Shown: piece after piece, positions 21,075 through 35,600 of the stretch
Layout of the letters: every line of letters begins with the position of its first letter
How positions within the stretch are numbered: the stretch's first letter is position 1
Origin: a virus
Taxonomy: Duplodnaviria; Caudoviricetes
Strand: one strand, 5' to 3'
Length of the DNA: 64,000 nucleotides
Virus record (IMG/VR): IMGVR_UViG_3300031760_004705
Location: 24,424 to 88,423 of that record
Translations under genes and position numbers: made by a program
The notes under the pieces: generated by a model
The model's input: only the letters and a program-made list of their open reading frames with translations
The model's database searches: none
Told to the model about the DNA's origin: nothing

Positions 21075-23288
21075 CTATGATGATGAACCATAATTTAGAT
21101 TTTCATCTGGTAAAATTAATCCAGTTTCAATATTACTATTTTTATTAACAATAAAAGTAAAATCGGTAATAGAAGCTCTATCATTAGGAGCAGTTGGATT
21201 TTCACTATAAAATGCTCCAGAGCTTGAACTATCACCTAATGTTCCACCAACAACTCAATCTGTTCCATTATGGTATATAATATAGTTTGTAGCAGGTGTT
21301 GTATTATTATCTGTTACTGTAACAAAACCTTTACCCATATCAGTATTACCATTTTCAATATGTCCATCTTCTCAAAGTGTCTTACCATCATCTGTTGGTT
21401 CACTATTACTAGAACTAAGTTGATTAAGTTTGTTTAAATATTCTTCAATATTGGAAATATTGTCAGCACCACCAAAAGAATCACTTGCAGATGGTCCAAA
21501 ATTAGGAGTTGTTTTAACTAATCCTAAGTCTACTGGGTTTGTAGAATCATCATGATAATAAACAATTAAATGACCATTATCTTCATTAATTTCCATTTCT
21601 TTAATATCATGAATTGGACCTATAGTTGTTTTAATATCTAAAGGGTCTCCAGTATAGGTAAATGTAATTTCACCACTGTTTTTATCATAACTTGATTCTT
21701 TAATTAAAGGTAAAGTTGCTATAACTGTCGATTCAGCATTAGTTTTTTTAGTACCATCACTATTAAAATCAGTATTTTTATAAATAGTAACTTTACCATA
21801 GGTATTGCTTGCTTGATCTGTGTCAATATCAATTTGTTTTGGATAAACAATATTGCCAGTAACAATATCATTCATTCCAGAATATTCAAAAGTAAATTTA
21901 CCTGTGGAATCATTATATGTAGCATTTTTAACTAAATGTAAATTAGTTTTATATGTAGTACCATCACTATAATTGACAGTGAAATCACCATATGTATTGC
22001 TATTTATAGTTGTATCAATAGTTATTGTATCAATATCTTTGTAAGCTCCGAGATATTGATAAACAGTTTCAGGAGTAACGTTTCCAGTTCTTGGATTATG
22101 TAAGATTCATTCTGCGACTCAATAACTTTCTTCATTTGGGTCATATTCTTCCGTTTCATCAGGAATATAATAATTATCAGCTGGAATCTTAATTGTTCCA
22201 TCTTCATTATATATACCTTCGTAACTATAAGCAATAGTATTAGTATTGTATAAAGGAGAAGGTGCAGTTTCACCTTTTTTCTCTCTTATGCAAATAATTG
22301 ATTTTGGACCTATGCCACGAGCTCCTCTTGGAATATTAAACTCATATTTTTTATAAAATGGATGATATTCCTCGTCTGTTGGTTTAGAGGAATTATTTAC
22401 AAAAACTTCTCCATCGTATGTAAAGTTTTTTTCATAATGTTCTACTTCATAAAAAGTATAAGGAATTTCAAATCCTAAATAAATTCAAGCATCACTATCA
22501 TTTCCATTGGTAAGTGTGCGGCGAACATTACATCAAGTATAACGAATTTTATCGTTATATCCATTGGCATCTTTACCAGGAACTAAAGTAATATTATTAC
22601 TATCACCACTATCTAAAACGGCTATATATTCATAATCATGTTCACGATTTTGAGGTTCAGTTCCAATAGTATCACCAATTACCCCCGATTGTGTAATTAA
22701 ATTTTCTGTTGAAATTGAATTTGAATTAGTGCTATCTGGATAAGAATAATCTCAACCAGTAATATCTGCGGGAGTAGTTGTAGAAAATCCTTCATTTGGT
22801 AAAGTATTTTGTAATCCCGCAGCTTGTTTTCTTACATCATCAATTGAACCAAAACGAATATTTGGCACGCCGCCAGATGGGCCAACTATTTGCCCCATAT
22901 ATTCTGCTCAATTAGTATCTCCTGCGTTAAGGACTGTATCGACTCTTTTTAAAGTACGTCTAAATAATTTACCATTATTAGGATTCATTTTATTTTCTGT
23001 ATCAATAATACAAAATTCACTATATCAAACGTCTCGATATTCTGTGTCTTTAAAACACTCGTCCATTGTAAAATACTTTAAATAAGGACCTCATGTTTGA
23101 TTTTCATTATTTTCAGTTCACCCAGCTCGTTCTAACATAGCTTTTTCTTTAGGACTTAAATTAGTTGAGTCAATAGTCATATTGCTTTTTGCTTGATAAG
23201 CCGGATCTTGATCATTAATAAACTTAAAACTACTACGAATAACGGGGGAAATGCCAGGCTTCCCGCCATAAAAACTTTCTAAAGCCAT
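21075..23288 (-). CDS. Tail/baseplate protein (737 aa)
   Basis: Table-4 ORF MALESFYGGKPGISPVI...; in frame with ORF 21372..21875; ends TAG at 21075. Confidence 0.7.
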
Positions 23289-23303
23289 ACTTATTTCCCC
23301 CTT

Positions 23304-24473
23304 CTATGAAGTTACTCTATATTGATAATCCATAACAAATCTGTCTGAACCATCTTTTGCAACAATTCCTAAAGTTTTAATTACAAAATCATCTAATTCA
23401 TAAAAATTAGTTTGACCAACTTTTATTTCTTCTCCATTAATAGCTAACATTAATTCAGGATGACTTCAAATAGCAATATGATTTAAAACTCCATCTTTAC
23501 CTATTTTTATCGGAGCATCAAAAATACTATTTTCTTCTGGTAATAAATTTGTAATTTCTCAAAGCTCACCATTTATATAATTTACATCCATATATGTGCC
23601 ATAATAAGTATTTTTATCAACAACATATTGAATTTGTGTATGATGACTATCATTACGATCTATTTCTAATAAGATATAAGGATAACCTGCTGTTAATTTA
23701 TATTGTGGAGAAAAAACAATATCAAATTTAGCTATTGAAACACTACTAGATGCAGTTAACCATCTTTTTTCTAGTTCTCCTATAGAAAACTCAGTAATAA
23801 TACGAGCTTTATATTTTTCTTGTTCAGCTTCTCCATAAACACCTGCTACCGCAGCACTAACATAAGTACTTAATAATCCTTCTTCATTTTCTGTAGGTTC
23901 TTCTTCATCGCCTGCAGATAAATAATAAAAAATATCTCCATTTGCAGAAGTTCCTCGATAAACACTTTCTTTTATTCATTTTGGAGAATTAATATTATTA
24001 GTAGAACCAGGTCATTCAAAGATTATATTGGCAAAATAAGGAAGATTTTTAGGATTTTGTTTTTCAGCAGGATCTGAATATAATATTATTTCTTCTATAG
24101 CTTGATCTCCCTTAATAGGAGGTGCTGGAGGAATAATTAATTCTCTAATTTCTTGAAAGGCTGATGTATCAATATCTGAATTTTGTGCCTCAGCTGAATT
24201 TACTTGTGCACATAATTTTATTCTTACTTTTGTTTCATACTGAATGTGTTGAGGTAATTCTAAATGTAAGTAATAACTTTTACCAGAATAAATAGGCGAT
24301 TTTAAATCAATTTCTACATCTCGAAATACAATAACACTTCCTTTATTTATATATTTAGGCTTTATATCTTTATTATCCATACCAATAGTTTGATGTACTT
24401 CATTATTAGTAAGGTAATTAAAACTATTATCATAACGATATTGACCCATTCCTTGTCCAGAAGATACAGGCAT
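23304..24473 (-). CDS. Tail/baseplate protein (389 aa)
   Basis: ORF 24012..24473 read through TGA to TAG at 23304. C-terminal AINGEEIKVGQTNFYELD. Confidence 0.7.
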
Positions 24474-24489
24474 ATTTTACGCACCTCCT

Positions 24490-27400
24490 TTATAATCTTT
24501 CAGAAACTTCGTTTAATGTAACAGCCATATTTGCGCCAGGCCCTAAAGTTAGACTAATATTCTGAATCATATAGTCTCCATATATATTTGTTGAGTAATC
24601 TTTTAAAGTTACTCTATTATTTGGTTCTAGATAATAAACTGGTAAAGCTGTTATTGAAACTACTTTTTGATATTTTAAATGCGCAAATAATTCATATTTT
24701 ATTTGTTCATATGCATCACTTAAATATTTTCCAGTGACTAAACTATTAAATATTTCATCAGAAACTTGAACATATGGTTGACTATTATTAATACATTCTT
24801 GTCTCTGCTCTTCTAATTTATTAGTAATATCTTGAGCGCTTCTTAACTCTTGAATCATAACATTATCAGATCAATTAGCATCTGGATTATCCATATTTAA
24901 AAATACAATATCTGGAATTTCAGGCTCAAATAAACAGTTAATATTTTCATCATTAACTACATCAGTTCTTCTACCAATATTTTTAACACTAAATTCTCCA
25001 AGAGGTGAAGCACTTGCGTCAATTATATCAAAGAAAAAATTACCATTTGTTAATTGTTTATATTGAACTTCTGTATCACCATCTAATTCATCTATAAAAC
25101 ATTGTTTATCTCTATTTAAATTATATTCATAGGGTCAAAATGCTTCTAAATCATCGTAGTAAGGACCGGGATCCGTACCCATATTATTAGCATATTGTCC
25201 ATATAAGTAAAGATAAGTTCTTCAATCTAGTGTATAATATTCTCCTAGATATTTTCACTCTCCAGTCTCAGGATCAGGATATTGTACTCCAGAAAAATTA
25301 CTATCACTATAAGGAATTGGTTTTAATTTAATTTTTCCATCTGTACTTTGATTAGTTAAAACTAATCTATTCTTTAAAGTATAATCTTTTATAATACTTT
25401 GTAAAGATACAAACAAAAAATTATAACAATCATAAAAATCTTCAATAGCTTCAATATTAGTGTTAATTGTTCATCGTAATTCTTCAAATTCTTCAATTAA
25501 CGACTTGTGTGCTATTAAATTTTCTTTAATAACATCCGCACTAATAGTATCATTTTTAAGCTCTTCTGTAATTTGATCTGAAATATTTAAAACATAATCT
25601 ACACAAGAATTTCCTTTTTCATATAAATTCTTTAATGTATTCATATTTCTAGGCCATTCTTGAAGATGCTTTTCTATATTACCAATTTTTCCATCTCTTT
25701 CTGATTTTCAATTTTCTAAAATTTCTTCTATATCAGTTAAAAAGGTTCTATCTGCAATAGCTTTTTCCGCTGGAAAATTTTGATAATATTGCAAATATTC
25801 AACTTTTCTTTTCATGCTTGCTTGAGATTGTTCTTCTTGTGATAAACTTGAATCTATTGGATGTTGTATATTATATTCAGTTTCAGATATAGGTTGTAAT
25901 ATTTCTTTATAAAAAGCAGATTCATGAGAAATTGTTACTATTTTATTTTGATAATTGTTTAAAATATTTTGTAATTGATTATAAACATTATCTTTATTTT
26001 CTTTATCTTTTATATATACTTTGGGTAAACTATTATAATTATCAAATCTAAAAGGATTTAAAATATCTGTTTCCCCAACTAAATAATTTAATAAAGATTC
26101 AATAGATTCATTAATAGAAGATTCTCCATTTCAATTTGTAATAGCATCTAAAATTATTTGATATACACTTAATGGATCAACTGATTCTATAAATAAATTT
26201 TTAATAACTGAACCAATATAACTATCAACTTCTTCTTGATTTTTATAAACTGTAATATCTCCATCACAAAAATTTAAAAGACTACTTAATTTTAATAAAG
26301 TAGGATACCTCTTAAAGAAATCCTTGTCAGATAAATTTAACGGATAAGGTACATGTAATTCTTCTAAATTACTTTCCTCATTTATATATTCTTTATCTAA
26401 ATATTGAATTAAACAATCTGCAATTTCTTCTTTTGTTTTTAATGATTCTATTTTATCTAATAATAAAGATTCTATCGCATCAATATCTAAATATAACGGT
26501 TTTACCGCATCTTCTTTATCTTCTTTAGATAATTTTTCATAATTTATAAAATCTATAATATTAGAAATTGGTAATGTATTTGGATATTTTATAAAGAAAT
26601 TCATCATTTCGTCTAAGGTTTTATTCTTATCTTTGTTTATTGCTTCTTGATAAGAATCATATTGGTTATTATTTATATCGACAGTAAAACGTGGACCATC
26701 TAATCATCAAGTTCGATTTTGAATAAATCCAACCATTAACTCTAAATTTTTTATAATATCTGCTTTGCTTACGGTTTCTGAATTTTCTATATTCTCAACA
26801 ACAGTATTTTCAACAAAAAGCATGTCTGGATTTTTTGAAGGATCTATATTTTCATCTATCAAATATAATTTATGGTATCCATTACCGGTTCAAAGATAAA
26901 ATACATTTTCGCCGTTTTCTATTACTCGATAAATTTGATCCATATTTCCAATAGCTGGATATACTAATTTTTCATATTTAATATTACCATCAATATCTTG
27001 ATATGAAACCGCATCTTCATCTGATTCATCCGCGGGAACTCAATTATCATATCAAAAGCCTAATTTATTGGTTTCTTTTACAATTTTACCTTCATAATAT
27101 TCTGGATAAGTATAATATAAGACATTATTAAAACTACCATAATTACCTTTTAAAATATCCTCTCCATTTTCATTTACTCCAGTTTTAATTCAGTTAACAA
27201 TTTCCGGCTTTTCATCAATTACAAGTCTATAACGAACTAAGAAGTCTGTGTTACTGTTGTCACTATGTCGAATTCCATCAACAATAAAATCATTTTTAAT
27301 ATTGTCATAATTTGGAGTAACAGATATTGAGGTAATGTTACGATCAGAATCAAAAGCATATACGTTTTTATCGTTAGTCGTTTCTATTAAATATTGCTTT

Positions 27401-28440
27401 TCAGAACCGCTATCTAATAAAAATTGACCCTCTTTAAGATTTATGTGTCTGCCTGGGTTAGAAGACTCTTGTAAAAGAATAGTTGATTGATTTATATTTA
27501 AATAATTTTTTATTTCTCTGAAATGAAAAATTCCAAATACATCATAAAAATATTCATAGTTTCCTAATTGATTTTTAATTGTATCTAAAACAGTACAAAC
27601 CGTATCTCCTGCGGCTCCTACTATTTCAGAAGTTGGAACAAAATCATCATAGACATATCCTACTCGATCTCCACGAGAATATTTATTTAATATTTCTCCT
27701 TCAACCGGTTCTGTATAAATTTGTCTAGCACCATTTTCATCTGATGGTCCAAAATATATATCTGTATCAGCATTTCATTGCATAACTCTACGAATACGTA
27801 AAGGCACATCTTGAATAATAATATTATTTAAATCTTCTCCACCTCAATGGGTTAATAATTCTAAAATTATATTATAATATAAAACAGTTTGATTTACGAT
27901 TTCGCCATTTGTTAATTGAGTAGTTACTTTATCAAACTGAACTGTAATAGGTAAAGTACCACCTACATCACCGTTTAATAAGCACATTTTGTCTTTTAAA
28001 TTAATAGTTAAATTAACTGCAGATGAAGTCGCAGAATTTAAACTAAAAGAATTAATATAAAATACACCTTGCGGAAATCAAAAAATAGGATACTTTGGAT
28101 AGTATTCTGTTTCATTTTTTATACCGATTTCAATAAAAACTTTTTTATTTAAAGCGAAATCCATTTCCATTGAGTCAATATCATATTCTTCTTTACTTAC
28201 TGAGCAAGAAAGGGAGCAAGTGCGCCGCACGCTACTGCTCCCATCTTTTGAAATTGATCCAGAAGCAATTATTCCATGAATTTCTTTTAAAGGATTTTCT
28301 TGCCAGTCTAATAAAATTATATTTACATATTGACGTTGATTAATAAAATCATCAATGAAACTTAAAATAGATCGTTTTTGTTGTTCTTCATTTAAATTAT
28401 ACACATAAGGCTCTTCAAGATATGGATACTTCTTTCTCAT
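24490..28440 (-). CDS. Large tail-tip/baseplate hub-like protein (1316 aa)
   Basis: ORFs 28078..28440, 26131..26607 and 24490..24858 share one frame. N-terminal GSISKDGSSSVRRTCSLS and C-terminal LPVYYLEPNNRVTL..GDYMIQNISL resemble hub/Tal-type tail proteins. Confidence 0.65.
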
Positions 28441-28461
28441 TTTAACTCCTATCTATTCTTA

Positions 28462-31400
28462 TTATGTATAATATTTCTTAATTAAACTACCTTTATAGTT
28501 AATCATTCCATTAACTGGTACTTTAGCAAGCATAGTAGTTTTGTCTTCATCTTCAAATTCAACATCGTATCAACCACCATCTATATAATAAAGTTTATAA
28601 CTCATTATACGATTTTCATCTATGACGCCGTATACAGTATTATATTGAGGCTCTTTAATTTCTTCTTCTTCAAAAAGAGTTTCTTCCATAGTACTTCAAT
28701 CATCATATATAACTCTGAAATCATCTGGTTTTCATACAACATATCTTCAATCAATATCTTGAGATAAATCAGAACTTAAAAAAACTCTAACTAAAGCATC
28801 TGTTTCTTCATTAGTTTCTAATTGATACCAATAAAAAGATCCGCCAACTTTATCTTTGTTTCCAGGAGTTATTTCATAAACAGATGGATCTAAAATATAT
28901 TCTCACTCATCTAAATAAGGCTGTCTGTCTGCAGTAGTTTTAAACATGCGGCGACCAAGAATCGCACAGTTACTCATAGGATAATCAGATCCTAATCGTA
29001 AAGTTCCAGTTCTACCAACTACAATTTTTTGAAGTCCTAGTCCAGAATTTATTTGTTTAATACTAAGTACAGTATATGGAGTTAAATCAAAATCACTTGC
29101 TTTTCAATATTCTAATTCTTGCGTTTCACCGACATAAGTTGATGCAGTTTCATTAACATGCTGATAATAATATTTATGATAAATTAATTCATTAATATTA
29201 GAATTTGGTTGCCATCAACCAGAAACTTGACCAACTATATCAGTACCTACTTCATATTTTGAAGGATCTTTTAAATCTTTATATGTAACATCTCATTGAA
29301 CTAAATAATCAATTGTTGCTATTTGATCATCAAATAAATAAACATCTAAGACATTAATATCAGAAGGAATTTGATAATATCCATGCTCATTTACAAAAAC
29401 AGTTCTTTTTAAAGAAGCGGCTCCGCTATCATAAGGTGATACTAATTCAAGTACTAGTTTATAACCTAGTCCATAATTATAAATTTCTTTAAGATTTGTT
29501 CTTTGTTCATCTATTAAAGAATATACTGCAGAAGCATAAGCTGAAACAATATCTTCTTTTGAAGATCCTTCAGACGATGTATAATCTGAAGATTCTACAG
29601 ATGGTGACGATGTATAATATCATTTATTTTCTTTTTCAATTTCTATTTTTGTTAAAATATTGCCATTTACTATTTCAGTTTCTCAAGCACTAAGATATTC
29701 TGTAAGAATATCTATTGCAGTCATAGCACTTTCAGTTCCATCTTCATTTACATAATAAAATGAATTACTTGATTTTAATAAATATTCTCAAGAAATGCTA
29801 TCTGTTACTACCGATGTTCCTTGTGAATTTCTTTCAATAATTTTTAATTTTATTTGTTCATCTGCATTAGATAATGAATCTAAATTATATCATTGTGGAA
29901 CAGATCCTTTAATTCTATCATCATGAAATTGAATTTTAACACTATTTAAAGAAACAGATTCAGGAATGATTTGATATTTAGAACCCAATCCTTCATAATT
30001 CATTTCAATCTTTTTTATAATTTGATCTCTAATAGAGTATCCATTAGTTGTTCCTTGAACTCCATACTGTTGACCAATTTGATAATTTGTAACAGCAATT
30101 TGTTGAGTAATACCACTTATTAAATTTTGATTATAATCATTTTGAATTGGATATAATCCAAGAGTATCAAGAACTTTTAATGAGTATCCATCTTCAACTT
30201 CATAAACTGTAGCAGAAAAATTTCAAGTGCGGCGACCTAATTGAGTATTTGGAGTTAAAGATATTCCATCAAACATGACTACCATATTACCTTCAGTCAT
30301 AGATCGCCAAAGTTTAGGCTCGCCATTATTTAATCATTTAAGAACTTTTTCTCTAAAGACTCTTTCTCACCATCAATTTTCATATGGATATAAATCATGC
30401 AGAGTCATTGAACTACCATTTTTACCAATTTTAGTATTTCTAACTCGCTCTTTGGTAGGTGTATCTGGTTTATCTATCCAATCATGATATGTTCCATAAC
30501 TTCCAGATTCGTTTTCAAGAACTGTGTCATTACGAATTAAATATTTTCCATTCATATTATTATCATATGCAATTAAATCTGCTTGATATTCTTTAGCCAT
30601 TTCATTTAAAAATGTTCTATTAAAATCACTTTCCGCAGTAATTAAACCATTAATTGTAAATTGTTTATAATCTAATCGTGCATTTTCTGCAAATTTAGGA
30701 TATTTTCCTCCTAAAGTATCAATTTTAACTCTGGTTTTTACCGGAGTCATAGAATTAACTTGAGCATTATAACGAATAGCCAATTGTCTATCTTTATCTC
30801 TAACTAAAATATCATGAAAATTAGGATATACCTCTTGACTTTCAACTAATCTTGTTCAAGCATTTTTAAGAGTTTGATATTGAACGGTATAAACATATCT
30901 TATTAAACTACCCACAGTATTGTCTGTAATTTCACAATATACATTTTGTGGATCGTTTGAATTTTCTTCTTCACCTTCTTTTGGATTTCCTCCTAAGAAG
31001 CCTTTGCAATAAATTAATTCAGAAGTTTGAAATCTGTCTAAACTACTTTTTCTTCGAACATATAAATAGCCGGGAGGAAGATCTCCGCATTCAATAGTAA
31101 AGTTAATAATTCCATCTTCTTCTGTAACAATTTCATTTGTCTCTAATCCATGATCTGGAATAGTTAATGTTTTAAAATTCCAAATTGGAAGAAATTCTAC
31201 TGCATAATCTATAAGAGAAAATTCATATGTTTTAGTAAAAGTATAATTATTATTTGTTGTAAAAATTATTTGAATAAAATAATTAGCATTTACTGGATAT
31301 GTAGTATTATTTGAAACATCTAATAAATAGGTAAAACTATCTTTTTCAGCTAAAAGCGCTGTATATTGAGTTTCACTTTGAAATAATATTTGCCCTTTGC

Positions 31401-32118
31401 TATTTGAAGTTCTTATATAATAACTTTTAAGATATTCTCCATGATTGGTTGTGGTATTAGAGCTTCCATCTGTAAAAGTTAAAAAACCTGTTAAATTAAT
31501 TGTACCAGGCAAATATTGTGGAATAGACTGCTCTTCGTTAGCAGAATCATTTACATCTCCACTATTCTCTGCTTGACTTCAAGCAGTCGCATCACTAAAG
31601 TTTTTAAGGAAGCAATCTACTCTTGGAATGGCTTTTAATAAACAAATACTAGACCATTCTGAAAAATATACTCTGTTTCTAGTAAGATAATCTGCACTAT
31701 TTATAACTGATTGATTTGAAGAACTATCAAAACGTAATTGTACTTTATAATAATAATCTATTGTAAAGACTTTATTATCAGTATTGTTTTGATTTTTTAA
31801 TAGCATTCTTGGAATAGTTAAGTGTCATAAATTATCTTTATCACAATGTAATATATCTTCTATTTCTCTAAAAGGTAATATTCAAACACTATTAAGTAAA
31901 ACACCTGCGGGAATAGCTTGTTTTAATCCTTTATTTGATCCTTCAAAAGCATTTTGATTAGTTTTTTGATTTACTAAAGAAACATGTAAAAAATTTATCA
32001 TATTAGCCGTATTATAAGGAGAAATAGAGAACTCTATTGTTGGATCTCCATCATACGGAAAAGCTGGCATGAAGGTATCAATTAAAGGAGGATAAAGAGT
32101 ATTTAATACTGTTGCCAT
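28462..32118 (-). CDS. Large tail protein (1218 aa), distal-tail/baseplate candidate
   Basis: ORFs 31882..32118, 31579..31806, 30856..31512 and 30373..30783 share one frame, continuing via TGA to TAA at 28462. Contains KIDTLGGKYP and PKLWRSMTEGN motifs. Confidence 0.65.
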
Positions 32119-32136
32119 TTTATCCTCCTTTCTTTT

Positions 32137-32424
32137 TTATACATTTTTAACGTTTTGATCTATACCATCACCAGTAACACAATAATATTCCATAATAGTA
32201 CTTCCATTTACAGGTGTTTCTATAGCACCATGAGGCCGAGCATATTTCATAAACATTGGCTGTTTAAAAAAATCTTGAATTTGAGTAAAAAAATCCGCTA
32301 AAGAATATCCAGTATTATTGTTGTTTTCGCTATTTCCTCTAAATACTTGGTCAAATCCAATATAAAGATTAATATCTTGTTTACTACCATTTATGGTTGC
32401 TATTATCTTACGCAATAAAGCCAT
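32137..32424 (-). CDS. Hypothetical protein (95 aa)
   Basis: Part of ORF 32137..32475. Start set at MALLRK after GAGGAGG. Confidence 0.6.
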   Translation of the reverse strand: MALLRKIIATINGSKQDINLYIGFDQVFRGNSENNNNTGYSLADFFTQIQDFFKQPMFMKYARPHGAIETPVNGSTIMEYYCVTGDGIDQNVKNV

Positions 32425-32650
32425 TATCATCTTCCTCCTCTTTATTATGAGCGGAAGATGCGGCTGCCATTTCATATGCTTTTTGTTGTTCTAAAAGATA
32501 GTCTTGCAAAGCCTTATCTTTTAAAGATAATAAAATTTTAGACATAGCATCTTCCATCATTGCTGCTGAAATATTATATTGACTCATAGTTGAATCAATT
32601 CATTGTTGTAATGAATATTGTAATTCAAAACGCAATTGTAAATTATTCAT
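32408..32650 (-). CDS. Small helical hypothetical protein (80 aa, 1 TGA)
   Basis: MNNLQLRFELQYSLQQ(W)IDSTMSQYNISAAMMEDAMSKILL...GFIA*. RBS AAAAGGA. Confidence 0.65.
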
Positions 32651-32680
32651 ATCCTTTTATCTCCTTAATTTTTTAATTAA

Positions 32681-35600
32681 TTAGTCTGTTGAAGTGGTTG
32701 ATGAAGGTATAGAAACAGTAACTTTATTGTTTGTAACGCTAAATTCTTTACTGTATGCATCAACTGTATGAGTATGACCATGAGCTGCATAAGTTGTACT
32801 ACCAATTTTATTTTTAATTCAAGTGCTTCAATCGGTCTTAGTATCGCCAGTAATCAATTTTTTAACTCAATCGCCTCATCCAGTCGTAGTGTCGCCTTTA
32901 ACCGCGAGTGCTACTTCTCCTGCAAATCCATTATCACCTCAAGAAATATCACTTTTACTTATTGTAAAAGTTTGATCTGATATTGCGCTAAAAACTGGTC
33001 GTTCATTTGTTAATGTTATGTTTGTTCCGTGAAGAGTAAATGTACCGTTATATTTACTAATTGAAAAAGAATTAGTAGTACCAGAAGCTGTATTTGTTAC
33101 AGCAGTTCCATCTCCATGAAGTGTAGCACCCTTTATTGCGCCATCAGCAGTAATATCGCCACCAATACCGCCCGCTTTAGTTACAGTAATATTACCTTTA
33201 TTTGTAGCAATATCACCCTCTTTAGTAGTAATATTACCCTTATTCGTAGTAATATTACCTTTTTTAGTAACAATATTACCTTCTTTAGTAGTAATATTAC
33301 CTTTTCTAACTAATATCTGTTTACCTACAGTTAAAGTACCGCCAAAAATAACATTCTTGTTAACAGACAAACCAACACTTGGATTTTTAAGTAATCCTCC
33401 TTGAACACTTAAACCATTTGAATTATATTGAGGGGCTGTTACATAAAAATTTTCTCTGTATTGTCTTGTATCTCCAGCAGTATAATGTTCTGGATAAATA
33501 CCAATTCTTGCAGTCGCCGTACGCACTTCAAATACTGGATAAGAACTTGCTGCTTTTTTAGGATTATTATTTTTAAAATCTGCGTTATTACTTAAAGCTG
33601 ATGCTCAGCCATTATTAGAAGAATTTAAAATTAATTCTGCAGATGTTCCTGAATTTCCAGTAATGGAAGGGCCAGCTTTTAATAAAATTTGTGGATTAGA
33701 TTCTGTATAAAGATTTCCTTCTCCAAGACTAGAAACATTAACTTCAAAATTATCTTGCATTTTTAATAAAATATTAGATTCTGCATTTAATCCAATATTA
33801 GACTGTGTCATAGACAAGCCATTATAATTATTAGTATCTATAAGAAAACCAGCAATTAATGATTGACCTTCAAGTTTATAACCCTCATCTGTAAAAAATC
33901 CAAAACGACGATTAACTTTTTCATCTTCATTAATTGTTTGAAGTTGTACATCAAAATCTGTAAATGTTTTTGCTTGTGAAATAATAGATATTCCACCACC
34001 AGTAGAATTAAATAATTGTATACCATTAGAATCGCCTATTAATTCAATTATATCATCTTCGTATCCAATACTAGTATTATTGTCATCAAAAAGTTCTGTA
34101 CGATTTGTAACTATTTTTCCATAATACTTACCCGCATAAAAAGAATAATCTTTTTGAGATATAAAATTTTCTGTCGATACATATTTTACAGATTCTATTG
34201 GTTCAATACTACCTGTTATTTGAACATATTGTCTTTTTTCTGAATCTTTATATATATATCCAGGATTTAATTCTGAATATACTAAATCATTTTTATTTAT
34301 ATAATAAAAAACACCATTCATACCACGAACAACATTATATTCTTTTAATGAATCATCATATTTTTTCATTGATGAACCAGTTCAAAAATATAATGATGAG
34401 GTATTTAAATTATTAGCTACAAATGTATCAATAAGTTCGTTATTATCAACTCTAACAACACTTCTATATTTAGCATCAGGGTTATTGTTACTATCTTTTT
34501 CAATTGCCGTTATCTTTATAAATTTCTCCTTAATATTATCATAAAAATATTGGTCTATTGCAATTGATTTTGTCGTAATAACATAACTTTCTTCTCCAGT
34601 ATCGCTTATTTCTAAATCATATGTTGGATCGTTTTCTGCAAGATATATACTATTATTTATTTTATAATATTTTATATTTTGATTAGACACTAAACAATAG
34701 TAATTAGTATTATTATTATTATTATTTATTTGATAATAAAATGGTATCGTAGTAGCTTTTTTATAATCTGTGCTATTAATTTTTACATATAAATCATTTT
34801 TATCTCAAGAATCTTTTTCAGCATAAACAGTTGTAGAATTTCCATTTTCATCAGTACCTACTGTAATAGATATATATATTTTTGGATTTGATTGCATATT
34901 AACAGTTTTATTATTAGTAGTATAAATAACAATATTTTGTCCTGCTTTTTGCTCTAATCCTATGTTAGTTTTAAAATTACCAGCAGACATTAAAGATGAT
35001 TCATAATTATCGTCTTTAAAAAGATTAAAATGAGCTTTCTTTACTTGTATTTGTAGTCCATCTTTATTTTCAGAGTAATCATTATCTGCTCCTAATAATA
35101 AATATGTATCAGTTTTTTTAGAATTTTTAGGATCTTCTGCTGAACTAAAAGTTGGATTAGATGCTAATTTAATATTTTTTCCATATATACCAATAGGTCG
35201 AGTATATTCATTATTATTACCTAAACCACCTGTTATAAATAAAGTAGAATCTCCTCCACTATTTGGATTTATTCCATCATTAGAAACGAATAACTGCCCA
35301 ATAGTATTAGATCCTATTTTTATTTTTAATCCTGTATGAGTTGGAAAATCCATTGGAATAGGAGGTGTTACATTTAAATTTTTTGCAAAGTCGTCGAAAG
35401 CTCTAAAAGTATTTACTGAAAATTGAGTCGTATAAACTGAATCTTCATTTTCACCAATATTTACAATACTACTAACAGTATTGGCAACAAATTCTCCTTT
35501 ACCATTAATACCAGCTAAATAAGTTCTAGAACCTTCTTCATAAATCGTTCTAGTTGTAATTTCTCCATTTGAATTACGACTAGATTGAGTTCAATTAGTA